Source of the DNA: an uncultured archaeon
GTDB taxonomy: Archaea > Aenigmatarchaeota > Aenigmatarchaeia > QMZP01 > JACQNV01
NCBI GenBank assembly: GCA_964410585.1
Contig: CAYPFW010000001.1
Location: 210,853 to 274,852 of the forward strand
Length of the DNA: 64,000 bases
Direction of reading: 5' to 3'
Shown here piece by piece: positions 47,772 through 57,130 of the stretch. Under the pieces are notes generated by a model. It saw nothing but the letters and a program-made list of their open reading frames with translations. It searched no databases and was not told the DNA's origin. The stretch's first letter is position 1. Every line of letters begins with the position of its first letter. The position numbers were made by a program, and so were the translations under genes.

Positions 47772-48842
47772 ATGAACCAAAATCAGTGGATAGATGTTGA
47801 AAAAGAACCCGAGACATTTTTTAAAACATATTTTGGAGGGGAAACAGTAGAAGACGCTGCAAGAAACCTTCAAGTTTTAGACTCAAGACCTAAAGATTGG
47901 TTGAGCTATCTTCTCGAGTTTAGAGTAAGATTTAGAAGATCTCCACAAGACAGAGAGGAAGTTTACAGGGCTTTAGAATTGTCAGAAGAACAAATCAGAC
48001 AAGCAGAGGTGGATCTAAAAAATAGTAAGAGAAGATGGAAAAATAAAGAAAAGATGTATGTTCAAGAACCACCGAAACAGGAAGAGAGTGAACCTCAAAA
48101 TCAAAAAAGATATACTAAAGAACTGAGAAAGAGAAGAGTGGGAAGAAAATCCATTTATTCCCAAAACGATATAAGGCAGGCTGTTTTAGATAATTTTGTT
48201 CTAACCCAAAAAGAAATTGCAGAAATAGTTGGATGCGATCAACCATTAATAGGTAAGCGCATGGTTGAAATGCCTGAAATATCCCAAGTTATTGCTAAGA
48301 GAAAAAAAGCATTCCGAGAACTTAGGGATAATCCATATGTCTACCTCGTGATTGCAGATGAAGAAAAAATGTTTGGGAGCCTAGCTGATTCTGGAAAGTA
48401 TATGATTGAGAAAATTAAAGAGGGTGTCAGCTTTGAAGATATTAGAATCAAGCGGAGGAAAACTGATTTAGTTGTGAAATTAAGAAGGCAAGATGTTTTA
48501 GTTGAAGATGTTAGAAAAGCAATATATAGTCAACCTGTTGTAACACAGGCTGAAGTTGGCAAAACTCTTGGAATAACAAGATATGATGTGATTTATAGAT
48601 TTAGGGGTCAAGATGCATTGAGAATGCTTCTAAAAATCCGAACTCAGGAAGCAAAAGGGGCAAAAAAAGAAGGAAAGCCTCTCTATATAGTGAGATCAAA
48701 TGGAGACGAATACTGTACATCAAGTCTTAGAGAGCTAGGGGAATATATGCTCAGATATAGGAATGCAAACAAGGGGATTTTAAATGTTGATATATATAGG
48801 CGGTCATCTAGATCTATACCCACAATAAGAAGCGTGAGATAG
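47772..48842 (+). CDS. Putative DNA-binding protein with two HTH-like segments.
   Basis: LTQKEIAEIVGCDQPLIGKR and VTQAEVGKTLGITRYDVIYR. Confidence 0.4.
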   Translation: MNQNQWIDVEKEPETFFKTYFGGETVEDAARNLQVLDSRPKDWLSYLLEFRVRFRRSPQDREEVYRALELSEEQIRQAEVDLKNSKRRWKNKEKMYVQEPPKQEESEPQNQKRYTKELRKRRVGRKSIYSQNDIRQAVLDNFVLTQKEIAEIVGCDQPLIGKRMVEMPEISQVIAKRKKAFRELRDNPYVYLVIADEEKMFGSLADSGKYMIEKIKEGVSFEDIRIKRRKTDLVVKLRRQDVLVEDVRKAIYSQPVVTQAEVGKTLGITRYDVIYRFRGQDALRMLLKIRTQEAKGAKKEGKPLYIVRSNGDEYCTSSLRELGEYMLRYRNANKGILNVDIYRRSSRSIPTIRSVR

Positions 48843-48846
48843 ATTT

Positions 48847-49617
48847 ATGATAAACATCAAACCAATATACGTCGGCATAGATTTGCACGGCACTTTGCTG
48901 AACAAAAATGAAGAAATAGAAGAAAGATTTCATAGGCCTCTTGAGGATGCCTTGAAAAAACTGAAAACAAAAGCCAAAATCTATGTTTGTTCTGGGAATG
49001 ATTTGCCTTTTGTGAAAGAGGTTTTACCGAAAGATATATTTGAGCTGTTTGATGGTTTTGTGTTGGAAACTGGATGTGTTTTTTCTGATGGGAAAACCGA
49101 GGTTGTAAAAACTCCAGAAAGCGTGCAACAGAAAGCCCATGAATTAAGGAAGGAATTGGAACAGAAGGGGTTCTCAGAAGTCAACGAGTTTAGACGAAGG
49201 CTGACAACTGTTTCTTTGTTTTGTTCAAGCCCAAAAGAGTTTGTTAAAAAAGTAGAAGGGTTTGTGCAAAAATCAGTATACAGAAACGATTTTTCTGTAA
49301 CATATTCAAGCGTGGCTGTTGATGTGATTCCAAAAGGATGGGACAAGTTCATGGGTATGCAAAAACTGGCAGGAGAAAACACCATAATTGGGATTGCAGA
49401 TTCGATGAATGATTTTGAATTTTTGGCTAAATCGGATTTTTCGTTTGTTCCAGCCAACGCGCCGAAAGAGGTTTTGGAGAAGTTGGAAAAGGAAAGGAAG
49501 AGTATTGTTAATTTGGAAAAAATGAATCAATTAGAAAAAAACATTATCGGAAAGGCCAAAAACCAAGAGACTGAAGGAGTGTTGGAGATATTGGATTTTA
49601 TCCAAACAGCGATTTAA
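48847..49617 (+). CDS. HAD-superfamily hydrolase, Cof/IIB-like.
   Basis: Motif I GIDLHGTLL, with the second Asp replaced by His; motif IV GIADSMND. Confidence 0.55.
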   Translation: MINIKPIYVGIDLHGTLLNKNEEIEERFHRPLEDALKKLKTKAKIYVCSGNDLPFVKEVLPKDIFELFDGFVLETGCVFSDGKTEVVKTPESVQQKAHELRKELEQKGFSEVNEFRRRLTTVSLFCSSPKEFVKKVEGFVQKSVYRNDFSVTYSSVAVDVIPKGWDKFMGMQKLAGENTIIGIADSMNDFEFLAKSDFSFVPANAPKEVLEKLEKERKSIVNLEKMNQLEKNIIGKAKNQETEGVLEILDFIQTAI

Positions 49618-51070
49618 AAATTCCTCTGGCTATTAGGCCTGCTGTTGTTGGTGTAACATCTTCACCATTTACATAAATTTTAGAACCTTCTCTACATGCC
49701 CCTATTGTATCTATACCACTTCTAACATACACAACAGCGCGCCTGATGCCACCAACTGTACCATAAACATGTCCGTCAACTCTTAGCTCACTTTTTGGAT
49801 CTGAATCAGTTGAGTGAAATGGACCAACTCCAAGTATATTTCCTCTAAGATCTCCACCTATTTCACAAGTAAAATGTCCTTGATGATGATGTTTTGCAAC
49901 ATCTCCCCTAACACTTCCTCTAACTATAATTTTTGTTCCATAACTGCCCTGACTACTAACAACATCGCCTACAACATCGCCATCAACTATAATTTGACAG
50001 TTTCTACAATCATACTCTACAAGACCTTCCACATTTCCCCTAACTCTTGTTGTGCCTCCCTGTTGCCCAAATCCCACCAATGCTCTTTCTGATGCACTTC
50101 CTATAACTATGTCTCCACCTTTCATTCCAGTTCCAACTTGACTATTCAAAACGCGGCCTCTGACATCTACAAGACCTCCTGATTTTCCATATCCTATTAA
50201 AGTGTGTGAAACATCTTTGTGAAATATGGTTTCCCCTCCAGATTGGTGAGCGGCTAACCCCTCTTCAGAAAGGCTCGGGAAATCACAAAAAACTTCTATC
50301 TTCCCCCCTTCCTGCCAACCACCGAAAGTGTTTTGGAAACCATCACATGCATACGTTGAATAGAGGCTATCTTTAAACCGATAGACAACGGCATGCCCGT
50401 CTTTCATGCGGTGTAGTATTAACAAAGGTACAGGTCCTTTGAACTCTATTGTGCCGCCTTCCAAATGACCTCCAGACCAATTACCTACTTCTCCTTCGAA
50501 AATAACTTTGGCTCCTTTTTTAAGATGCTGTGCACAGCCATCGCCAACATTACCCTTTACAATAACTGTGCTGTTCCTCAAAAAAGAGCAAACATTTGAC
50601 GGGCGTCCATATTCTCTGGCTCCATTCCAATCAGTATCATAAAGAAGTTCATATCCACATTCTTTTTCTGAAAGTATTCCAGATGAAATATCGGCATCAA
50701 AAGACTGCTTACTAGGTGTTGCATCTAAAACTATTTCTTGTCCTGGCTTAAGTTTGCTATCTAGAAGAGCAGAAAACTGAACACCCAATGCACTCTTGCC
50801 GCCAAGCCAATATCTTCTTCTAAAGTATCTTGAAAGATGTTCAGGAGAACATCTTATGTCCGAAACAGCATCTTTTGTTTCCCTATATACTTCTTCAGGG
50901 TCTTCTCCAGACGATTTTTCGAAAGCTTGATTTATTTGGTCTTCTACATAAGCAAAATGTGAATCCTCTGTTACAGGAACAACCACTCGACCAGAATCTT
51001 TTCTTCTTTGGCGCGCTTTTTCCTCAACTTTTTTTATTTCGTCTTCACTTACATCAAAATCATTTTTCAT
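49598..51070 (-). CDS. GXGXG-motif beta-helix protein, paralogue 1 (GltB C-terminal domain / FwdC-like repeats), with a ~170-aa N-terminal domain.
   Basis: Repeats GNVGDGCAQHLKKGAKVIFEGEVGNWSGGHLEGGTIEF fit the GxGD..G...M.GG.I.V.G.AG pattern. Confidence 0.6.
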   Translation of the reverse strand: MKNDFDVSEDEIKKVEEKARQRRKDSGRVVVPVTEDSHFAYVEDQINQAFEKSSGEDPEEVYRETKDAVSDIRCSPEHLSRYFRRRYWLGGKSALGVQFSALLDSKLKPGQEIVLDATPSKQSFDADISSGILSEKECGYELLYDTDWNGAREYGRPSNVCSFLRNSTVIVKGNVGDGCAQHLKKGAKVIFEGEVGNWSGGHLEGGTIEFKGPVPLLILHRMKDGHAVVYRFKDSLYSTYACDGFQNTFGGWQEGGKIEVFCDFPSLSEEGLAAHQSGGETIFHKDVSHTLIGYGKSGGLVDVRGRVLNSQVGTGMKGGDIVIGSASERALVGFGQQGGTTRVRGNVEGLVEYDCRNCQIIVDGDVVGDVVSSQGSYGTKIIVRGSVRGDVAKHHHQGHFTCEIGGDLRGNILGVGPFHSTDSDPKSELRVDGHVYGTVGGIRRAVVYVRSGIDTIGACREGSKIYVNGEDVTPTTAGLIARGIFKSLFG

Positions 51071-51080
51071 ATTTATAGCA

Positions 51081-52469
51081 TCAGTCTCCCAATAATTTTT
51101 TAAAAATTCCTCTGGCTATTAGGTTTGCAGTTGTTGGTGTAACATCTCCTCCGTTTTCATAAACTCTACAACCTTCGCTACATTTTTCTAGCCTCTCTAT
51201 TTTTCTCCCAACATGGACATCGGCCCAATTCAAATAGCCAACTGTTCCATAAACAGATTTGTGAACTGTTATCTGGCTTTTTGGACCAGATGAACTACCA
51301 TATCCTACATATTGTATGTTTCCTGTTACATTGCCTTCGATTGTACATGTTATATATTTCGAACCGCGACCGACATCGCCTTTAACATTTCCGTGGACAG
51401 TTATATCCACACCATTGTCCCCTCTTCCACCAACATTTCCAGTTACATCACCACCAACAATTATTGTACAACCAGAGCTGCCTTCGCTTATATTAGCTCT
51501 TGCACTGCCTTTAACATGAATTGTTCCACCAAGTGTTCTTTCTCCAACAATTCCTTCTTGAACACTTCCCAAAACTATTTCTCCACCAGTCATTTTATAA
51601 CCTATTTTACATCTAATAGCTCTTTTCACACTGATGTCTCCATACTCCTTGTTAGGCCCTATACTACAGTCAGTTACCGTCCCATGAAAATTAATTTCTC
51701 CTCCTTTCTGACATGCTCCGATAGAACTACTCTGGGTTAACATAGAAACATCGCACATGACATCTATTTTACCTTCTTCCTGATTTGCACCAAATGAGGA
51801 ATATGGATATGGTTCATTCTTAAATTGATGAACTATTGCGTGACCATCTTTCATGCCTTTAAGTATATCGGTTTCTGCAGGGCCCCTAAATTCTATTTCT
51901 CCTCCATCTAAAAAATTGCCGGAATCCTTTTCAGATTCACCTTCAAAAATAACTTTTGCTCCTCGTTTGACGTGTTGGGCTGCACACTCTCCAGAATTTC
52001 CTTTTATTGTCACTGTTCCTCTTTCTAAAAAAGAGCAGACGTATTTGAGGCTATAAGGATCATTAATTGTCCTTGCATCTAAAAATATTTCTTCCCCCTC
52101 TCTAAGCATTCTATTAAGAAGAGATGAGAAAAAAATACCCAATTGACGAGAATCTGGGCCAGCGTCTGCTTTTCTTTTGAAATATCTTGACAATTCTTGA
52201 GATGGGAAATGTGGCAATGTAGAAACACATCTTCTTGCTCTTTCATACACGTCTTGTGATCCCCAATCACCAGATATTCTATCATCTAAACTATCTCTGC
52301 CTTCTATAAATCTTTTGAATGCTGAATCTATTTGATCTTCAATATAATCTAAGTGAGAATCGTCTGTTACTGGTTTGACAATTCGACCAGATTGTGTCCT
52401 TTTATCACGTGCTTTTCCAATAACATCTTCTATTTCATCCTTTGTGACATCAAAATCAGAATTCGTCAT
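51081..52469 (-). CDS. GXGXG-motif beta-helix protein, paralogue 2.
   Basis: Start at MTNSDFDV (52469), which makes an ATGA overlap with the upstream stop. The track ORF extends to 52553 (MENKCATCGG...). Confidence 0.6.
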   Translation of the reverse strand: MTNSDFDVTKDEIEDVIGKARDKRTQSGRIVKPVTDDSHLDYIEDQIDSAFKRFIEGRDSLDDRISGDWGSQDVYERARRCVSTLPHFPSQELSRYFKRKADAGPDSRQLGIFFSSLLNRMLREGEEIFLDARTINDPYSLKYVCSFLERGTVTIKGNSGECAAQHVKRGAKVIFEGESEKDSGNFLDGGEIEFRGPAETDILKGMKDGHAIVHQFKNEPYPYSSFGANQEEGKIDVMCDVSMLTQSSSIGACQKGGEINFHGTVTDCSIGPNKEYGDISVKRAIRCKIGYKMTGGEIVLGSVQEGIVGERTLGGTIHVKGSARANISEGSSGCTIIVGGDVTGNVGGRGDNGVDITVHGNVKGDVGRGSKYITCTIEGNVTGNIQYVGYGSSSGPKSQITVHKSVYGTVGYLNWADVHVGRKIERLEKCSEGCRVYENGGDVTPTTANLIARGIFKKLLGD

Positions 52470-53422
52470 CCTTGGAGTTTCCAGACGACCTTGCCGCCTG
52501 CCTTTGTTATAGCCTCTGTTATTTCCCCCGCACGTTGCACACTTATTTTCCATTTAATTTCATCATAAGCAGACCTATACGAAGATGGGCTCAAAACAGG
52601 ATGAGCCTTCCTCAAAAACAAGCGCACCTCATCTTGATTAACGTCTGAAAAAGCGGCTTCTTCTCTTCTAGATGCTTCAAGTTCTCCAGATGTTTGTGCA
52701 AGTTGTGCGGCCACCCTTGGTTGTAAATCTCTTTCTAGAAGAACATACACTTTTGCAAGTGTAATTTTTGCAACATGTTTTTCTGGAAGCGATAAATTGT
52801 GTGGTTCTTTTGCCTTATCTAAAATAGCTGGGAGAAGGGTTCTTGTTCTATCGATTCTTGCAGGCAAAGTTATGCCTTCTTGAACTAATCTTTGAACTTC
52901 AACACTAGCTGTCATGTCTGCCGAATAATCATTTTTAAGCCTTGCAACTTCATGTGGTGAATGGCTTCTGTCAGATTGTATGTTGGCATCCAAATCACCG
53001 ATTAAATCCAACATTGCTTCTTTGTTGTCTGCAATGTATTGTTTAGCATCTAACCAATGCTGTCTTTTGTCTTCTAATTCTTTAGCTTTTTTGCCTGCTC
53101 TAAAACAACCATAAAATCTTCTAATTTTTCCTGGATCAAAGTAAGAAGCTATGCGATTTATTTCAGGGTTCGAAGAAAATTGTGCAATCGCTGCAAAACC
53201 TCCGACTATTTGAACTGTGAGCTCTAGATATCTTTCCATATCTCTTTCTGGATCTAATCGATCTGCTTCATCGATATACACTTGAATATGCGCGTGGCAG
53301 TGTTCATTTAGAAGGGCGAAAAACCCGTTGCCGTCGACACCACCGGCTGTTCTTGCTTGCTCTAATCTTTTCCTCAATGCCTCTCCTTCATTTCTGACTC
53401 TTCTGTATACATCTTCTTCCAT
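52466..53422 (-). CDS. Hypothetical alpha-helical protein of about 318 aa.
   Basis: The track ORF runs to 53494. The start MEEDVYRRV at 53422 avoids overlapping the upstream gene. Confidence 0.45.
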   Translation of the reverse strand: MEEDVYRRVRNEGEALRKRLEQARTAGGVDGNGFFALLNEHCHAHIQVYIDEADRLDPERDMERYLELTVQIVGGFAAIAQFSSNPEINRIASYFDPGKIRRFYGCFRAGKKAKELEDKRQHWLDAKQYIADNKEAMLDLIGDLDANIQSDRSHSPHEVARLKNDYSADMTASVEVQRLVQEGITLPARIDRTRTLLPAILDKAKEPHNLSLPEKHVAKITLAKVYVLLERDLQPRVAAQLAQTSGELEASRREEAAFSDVNQDEVRLFLRKAHPVLSPSSYRSAYDEIKWKISVQRAGEITEAITKAGGKVVWKLQG

Positions 53423-53423
53423 C

Positions 53424-54143
53424 TTATTCTCCCGCCACTTTTCTAAATTTAGGTGGATCATCAAGGTATGGACAAACATCTTTTGGGTGGACACCTATTA
53501 CTCGGGTTTTAATAAGATACCAGCTTGTATAAGCAGGACATCCTGTGTCTTTCAAATCTTCCCAACTGACAAATTTGAAAGGAAACCATCTATCTTTCCT
53601 TCTCTTATCTGCTATCATTGCCGTTCTACACCTGCTTTTTGTCGAATCGTCTTGAAGCGTTCTGATTTCTAATACATTAGCTGGGCCGCCGCTTCTAAAT
53701 GTACAATTACCTAATGTTTGATATTGTAGATGTGACTGTGGTGCGCTATCAGCTGGTTTTGATGACTGCTGGCCTTTTACAAACTCAAGATCTTTTGATA
53801 AATCTGCAAGCTTTCTCTGCATATCAGACATTTGTCCATCGTATTGTCCAGATCTTTCTCGCATTGCATCCTTAAGACCAGAAAATTCTTGCCTTAAACC
53901 TTCAATGGAAGCATATAATCTTTCTTCAAACGCCCTTTGTCTAGCTTCTCTTTTTGCTTCTGCTACTGCATCTTCTCTTGATCGGCAATACTCAATAACA
54001 ACATCAACACGAACGTAAACATTAACTCTTTCGTCTTCAACATCTAATCCAGCACCTCTCATTTCAGATGTTAAATCAGCAGGCAATCTATTAATCCACT
54101 CCCTTGCTTCGCCTTCAGACTTTATTTCACGATAGTTTACCAT
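53424..54143 (-). CDS. Hypothetical 239-aa protein with a central coiled coil.
   Basis: ORF track; first gene of the GC-richer operon. Confidence 0.45.
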   Translation of the reverse strand: MVNYREIKSEGEAREWINRLPADLTSEMRGAGLDVEDERVNVYVRVDVVIEYCRSREDAVAEAKREARQRAFEERLYASIEGLRQEFSGLKDAMRERSGQYDGQMSDMQRKLADLSKDLEFVKGQQSSKPADSAPQSHLQYQTLGNCTFRSGGPANVLEIRTLQDDSTKSRCRTAMIADKRRKDRWFPFKFVSWEDLKDTGCPAYTSWYLIKTRVIGVHPKDVCPYLDDPPKFRKVAGE

Positions 54144-54461
54144 AGAAACAATAAACTATTTATCTTCAAGATTTATAAGAACAATTGGTATCCTAAACAT
54201 AAGGTTTGTTAAGTCTCTTTTTTTTTGCCATGTTCGATAGAAAATATCGAATTTTGTATCTTTTTTAGAATCTGCTTTACTAAAACAAGTAAATATTCAA
54301 ACATATACTCTAAAATATGTTTTCTAGATTTTATGCTTTGTTGAAAACCAATATATAGAAGACCAAATTCTTGTGAAATTCTCTATTCAAGAGAATCAAA
54401 CTAATTTATTTTAGAAAATATATTGAAACAAGTATAATAGAAAATATTTAATTTGATAGTT

Positions 54462-54492
54462 CTTTTTTAATATATATTATATAGAATATATC
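54462..54492 (+). repeat. Left copy of an imperfect direct repeat, TTTTAATATATATTATATAGAATATA.
   Basis: Matches 59284..59312 at about 26 of 28 positions. Confidence 0.45.
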
Positions 54493-54604
54493 ATCTAAAA
54501 ATTTGTCAGACATTTCCAAAACACTAAAAATAAATTCACTCCAAGTAGATTCTGAATAGAATAGACAATTGAACATAGAAAATTTCAGAACATTTACTGG
54601 GTAA

Positions 54605-54931
54605 TTAAAGAGAACAAGAATATTTACCTATTAATTCGCTTGGACAATCTCCTCTTCTAAGAACATCAAGCAATTCATCCATCTCACTTTGTTCAAGCAC
54701 GTATCCTGGAGAAATATTACGCAATTCTGTGCCTATTTGCACGATTACACTATAACATCTTATCGGAAAACCACTTTCGTTTTTTGCGAAATAAACACTT
54801 GCTCTCACTCTTCTTCCACAAATATTACTTGAAAAAGGACCTGCTTCAGCGAAAAAATCTTCTCGACTAAATCTCCTTACCATCCCAGAATTTGGGGAAG
54901 CTCTTTTATTAAGTTTTAGCCTGTCTTGCAA
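54605..54931 (-). CDS. Hypothetical 108-aa protein.
   Basis: ORF track only. Confidence 0.3.
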   Translation of the reverse strand: MQDRLKLNKRASPNSGMVRRFSREDFFAEAGPFSSNICGRRVRASVYFAKNESGFPIRCYSVIVQIGTELRNISPGYVLEQSEMDELLDVLRRGDCPSELIGKYSCSL

Positions 54932-55403
54932 TCTCAGCAGCTATTTGATCATCGAAGTCCTTGGCTATTCTTTTTGTGCGCCGCACATGTGCATTAATTT
55001 GTGACTGGGCTCTGTCGACTAGTTGGTTAATCGTCGGAGAGGCAAGGGAATAGCCTTTCATAAATTGGTCTGGAGTATCTCTGACTGGGATTTTGATAAA
55101 CTCTAGAAGCCCCAAAGTCCGCCATTTGCGGATTTCCTCGTATGATTGGGAAACAGAGACTTCGAGGATTTTGGCTATTGTTTCGATTGTCAAGGGTGTA
55201 TTTGTTTTTCTAGAATGCAAAAGGAACTTCAAAAGCGCAGCATGATTTGCTCGACTTTGCTTTCTTTGGAGACCTAGCCTTTGCACAATTACCTCAGCCA
55301 TGTCGTCTATTGAAAGAGAGAGCTTGTAGTCTGGAGGATTGACCTCTTTTAAGACGATGTCTGCCAACTTTTTATACATATAGAGAACCAATGTCTCTCT
55401 CAA
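54909..55403 (-). CDS. Putative HTH DNA-binding protein of 164 aa.
   Basis: TIETIAKILEVSVSQSYEEIRKW segment. Confidence 0.4.
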   Translation of the reverse strand: MRETLVLYMYKKLADIVLKEVNPPDYKLSLSIDDMAEVIVQRLGLQRKQSRANHAALLKFLLHSRKTNTPLTIETIAKILEVSVSQSYEEIRKWRTLGLLEFIKIPVRDTPDQFMKGYSLASPTINQLVDRAQSQINAHVRRTKRIAKDFDDQIAAEIARQAKT

Positions 55404-55873
55404 CCTCCTTTCCTTTCATCATATTTCCTCCTGATGTTTACCCATATAGGAACAGCAAAAAGCATAGTAAGTATTATCATCGGCACATAGAATACAGGCT
55501 CATTAAACCTGTTCAAAGAGAAAGGTATCAATATTAAAACAAGTGCAATGTAAATGACTATCCACAATAATATTTCATATAGAGGGTTTCCTTTAAGTTT
55601 CTTTCTATTAGAAGAATACCTTCCTATAACCCCTGCTAAAAACAGGAAAACAATGGCCAGTAAGAACATTGAAACACTTGGATATTTGGATACATAATCA
55701 TATATCCTGGGAGCTGATTTGTATATAATCCCCAATATAAGGATTATAAAAATTGCCAACATAAGGTTTGGTCTACGGGTTTTCCAACTTTTATACAAGG
55801 AAAATTTTCGCATTAAATTTCCCCGTTTTTTATAGAAAGAGGCCTCTTTTTTTGATAAACCTTTTTTTTTCAT
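55400..55873 (-). CDS. Membrane protein with four transmembrane segments.
   Basis: Hydrophobicity; ATGA overlap with the neighbouring gene. Confidence 0.45.
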   Translation of the reverse strand: MKKKGLSKKEASFYKKRGNLMRKFSLYKSWKTRRPNLMLAIFIILILGIIYKSAPRIYDYVSKYPSVSMFLLAIVFLFLAGVIGRYSSNRKKLKGNPLYEILLWIVIYIALVLILIPFSLNRFNEPVFYVPMIILTMLFAVPIWVNIRRKYDERKGG

Positions 55874-55879
55874 ATAATC

Positions 55880-56932
55880 TCACACTATTGAAGTTTTCAA
55901 AAACTCCACAAGATCGGGTTGTATATAATTGTTTACTGTTACTGCTATATGCTCTTTCCAAATGTTTTCTTTTTTCACAAATTTTTTATGACCCAAATCA
56001 GAAGCAATTGAAAGAAAAAGAGAATTCACTTGCTCTTTTGTTGGTTTTTTTGTCCTTTTTATAAAATCCTTGACTTGAGAAGTTGCGTAGTGAGACCTTA
56101 CTATATGTGGATAGAACTCTTTTCCACAATACTTTTTGAAGGCTTTTTTGAAATGAGACTCTTTCATCGGATGACCATTTTCGCCGACAAAAACAAAAGA
56201 GTCTCTGTTGAGCGGTTTTAGTAGGGAATTCAGCCTTTTAGCATAAACTTCAGGAAATTGTTTTGTCGTTTTTATTGGGACCCCATCTTTCCCTATAAAA
56301 TCAAAAGTGACATTGTTCCCATTTATTGAAATGTCTTTTTTCTTGAGAGTTGTCAAGCCTTTGTGACCATGTGCCTTATAGTAAATTTCATTTCCAACTC
56401 TTATGTGTGTTTGGAGGAGAGTATACATTGGCAAAGCAAATCTGTCTTTCTCATCTTTAAGTGCTTTTTCGACTCTTTTTTTCAACCTTGGATATTCCTT
56501 TTCAAACTCCTCAACTTTTTTGTATTTTTTGTCTTTGTTTGCTTTTCTTTTTTCTAAAGTGTATACATAGGAAAATGTACCGCCTTTGTTTTGATATAGG
56601 ACATCCCAGTGATCGTGTGTTTGCTGATCGTGGATTGTCAAGTGAGGGGCAAAAAGGGAGAAAGCCTTGTCTAAAACACTTCCGTCAGGGAGTATGTTTA
56701 TTCTAGCCCCTTGAGGAAGACCTTCTGGGGAAAGTTGGCCCTTTAGAAAGAAGGAATCTTTTTTGTCTACTAAATCCTTAAACCTGCCATTTTTTTGGAA
56801 GAGATGAATTACAATCATCGCTTCTGGGAGGGGTTTATTTGATCCTTTCCATCCTGTTAGTGTTTTTTCTACAACTGACATATCTTTCCTTATTCTGATT
56901 GTGCCAACTGGTATTGGTTTTTCTTTTTTCAT
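55880..56932 (-). CDS. Type IB DNA topoisomerase (poxvirus/bacterial-size, 350 aa).
   Basis: The sequence carries RVGNE, GLTTLKKKDI...FDFIGKDGV, HIVRSHYAT, DLGHKK and VNNYIQP. These match the TopIB catalytic pentad R-K-R-H-Y and vaccinia GLLTLKNKHI...FVGKDKV. Confidence 0.75.
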   Translation of the reverse strand: MKKEKPIPVGTIRIRKDMSVVEKTLTGWKGSNKPLPEAMIVIHLFQKNGRFKDLVDKKDSFFLKGQLSPEGLPQGARINILPDGSVLDKAFSLFAPHLTIHDQQTHDHWDVLYQNKGGTFSYVYTLEKRKANKDKKYKKVEEFEKEYPRLKKRVEKALKDEKDRFALPMYTLLQTHIRVGNEIYYKAHGHKGLTTLKKKDISINGNNVTFDFIGKDGVPIKTTKQFPEVYAKRLNSLLKPLNRDSFVFVGENGHPMKESHFKKAFKKYCGKEFYPHIVRSHYATSQVKDFIKRTKKPTKEQVNSLFLSIASDLGHKKFVKKENIWKEHIAVTVNNYIQPDLVEFLKTSIV

Positions 56933-56956
56933 CTAAAACCCTTCTTACAATTGAGT

Positions 56957-57130
56957 TTAACAGTCAAATTTTTCACCACATTTTACGCATTCTATTTCTA
57001 CTGGCCCTCTGCGTAAACCAAAAATATAATTAATTTCTTTTTTCTTTGCTCTCTTCTCCAATTCTTCATTTCGAAAGCACCCTGAATCTATTACTGGTAT
57101 TTTACACTTTGGACAATTTTTGTTTTTCAT
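56957..57130 (-). CDS. Zinc-ribbon protein of about 57 aa (CPKC...CVKC); coordinates approximate.
   Basis: Hand translation MKNKNCPKCKIPVID...ECVKCGEKFDC. The ATG directly abuts the stop of the upstream zinc-ribbon gene. Confidence 0.35.
   Translation of the reverse strand: MKNKNCPKCKIPVIDSGCFRNEELEKRAKKKEINYIFGLRRGPVEIECVKCGEKFDC

Noticed and set aside
52470-52553. The zinc-ribbon-like N-terminal extension (MENKCATCGGNNRGYNKGRRQGRLETPR) of GXGXG paralogue 2 in the ORF track.
   Set aside because: The paralogue alignment starts at MTNSDFDV, matching MKNDFDV in paralogue 1. The ATG at 52469 forms a canonical ATGA overlap with the upstream gene's stop, so the extension is probably untranslated. 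This is not proven.
53423-53494. The first 24 codons of the 342-aa ORF, which overlap the upstream 239-aa gene.
   Set aside because: An internal Met (MEEDVYRRV at 53422) gives an abutting arrangement that is more typical than a 70-nt overlap.
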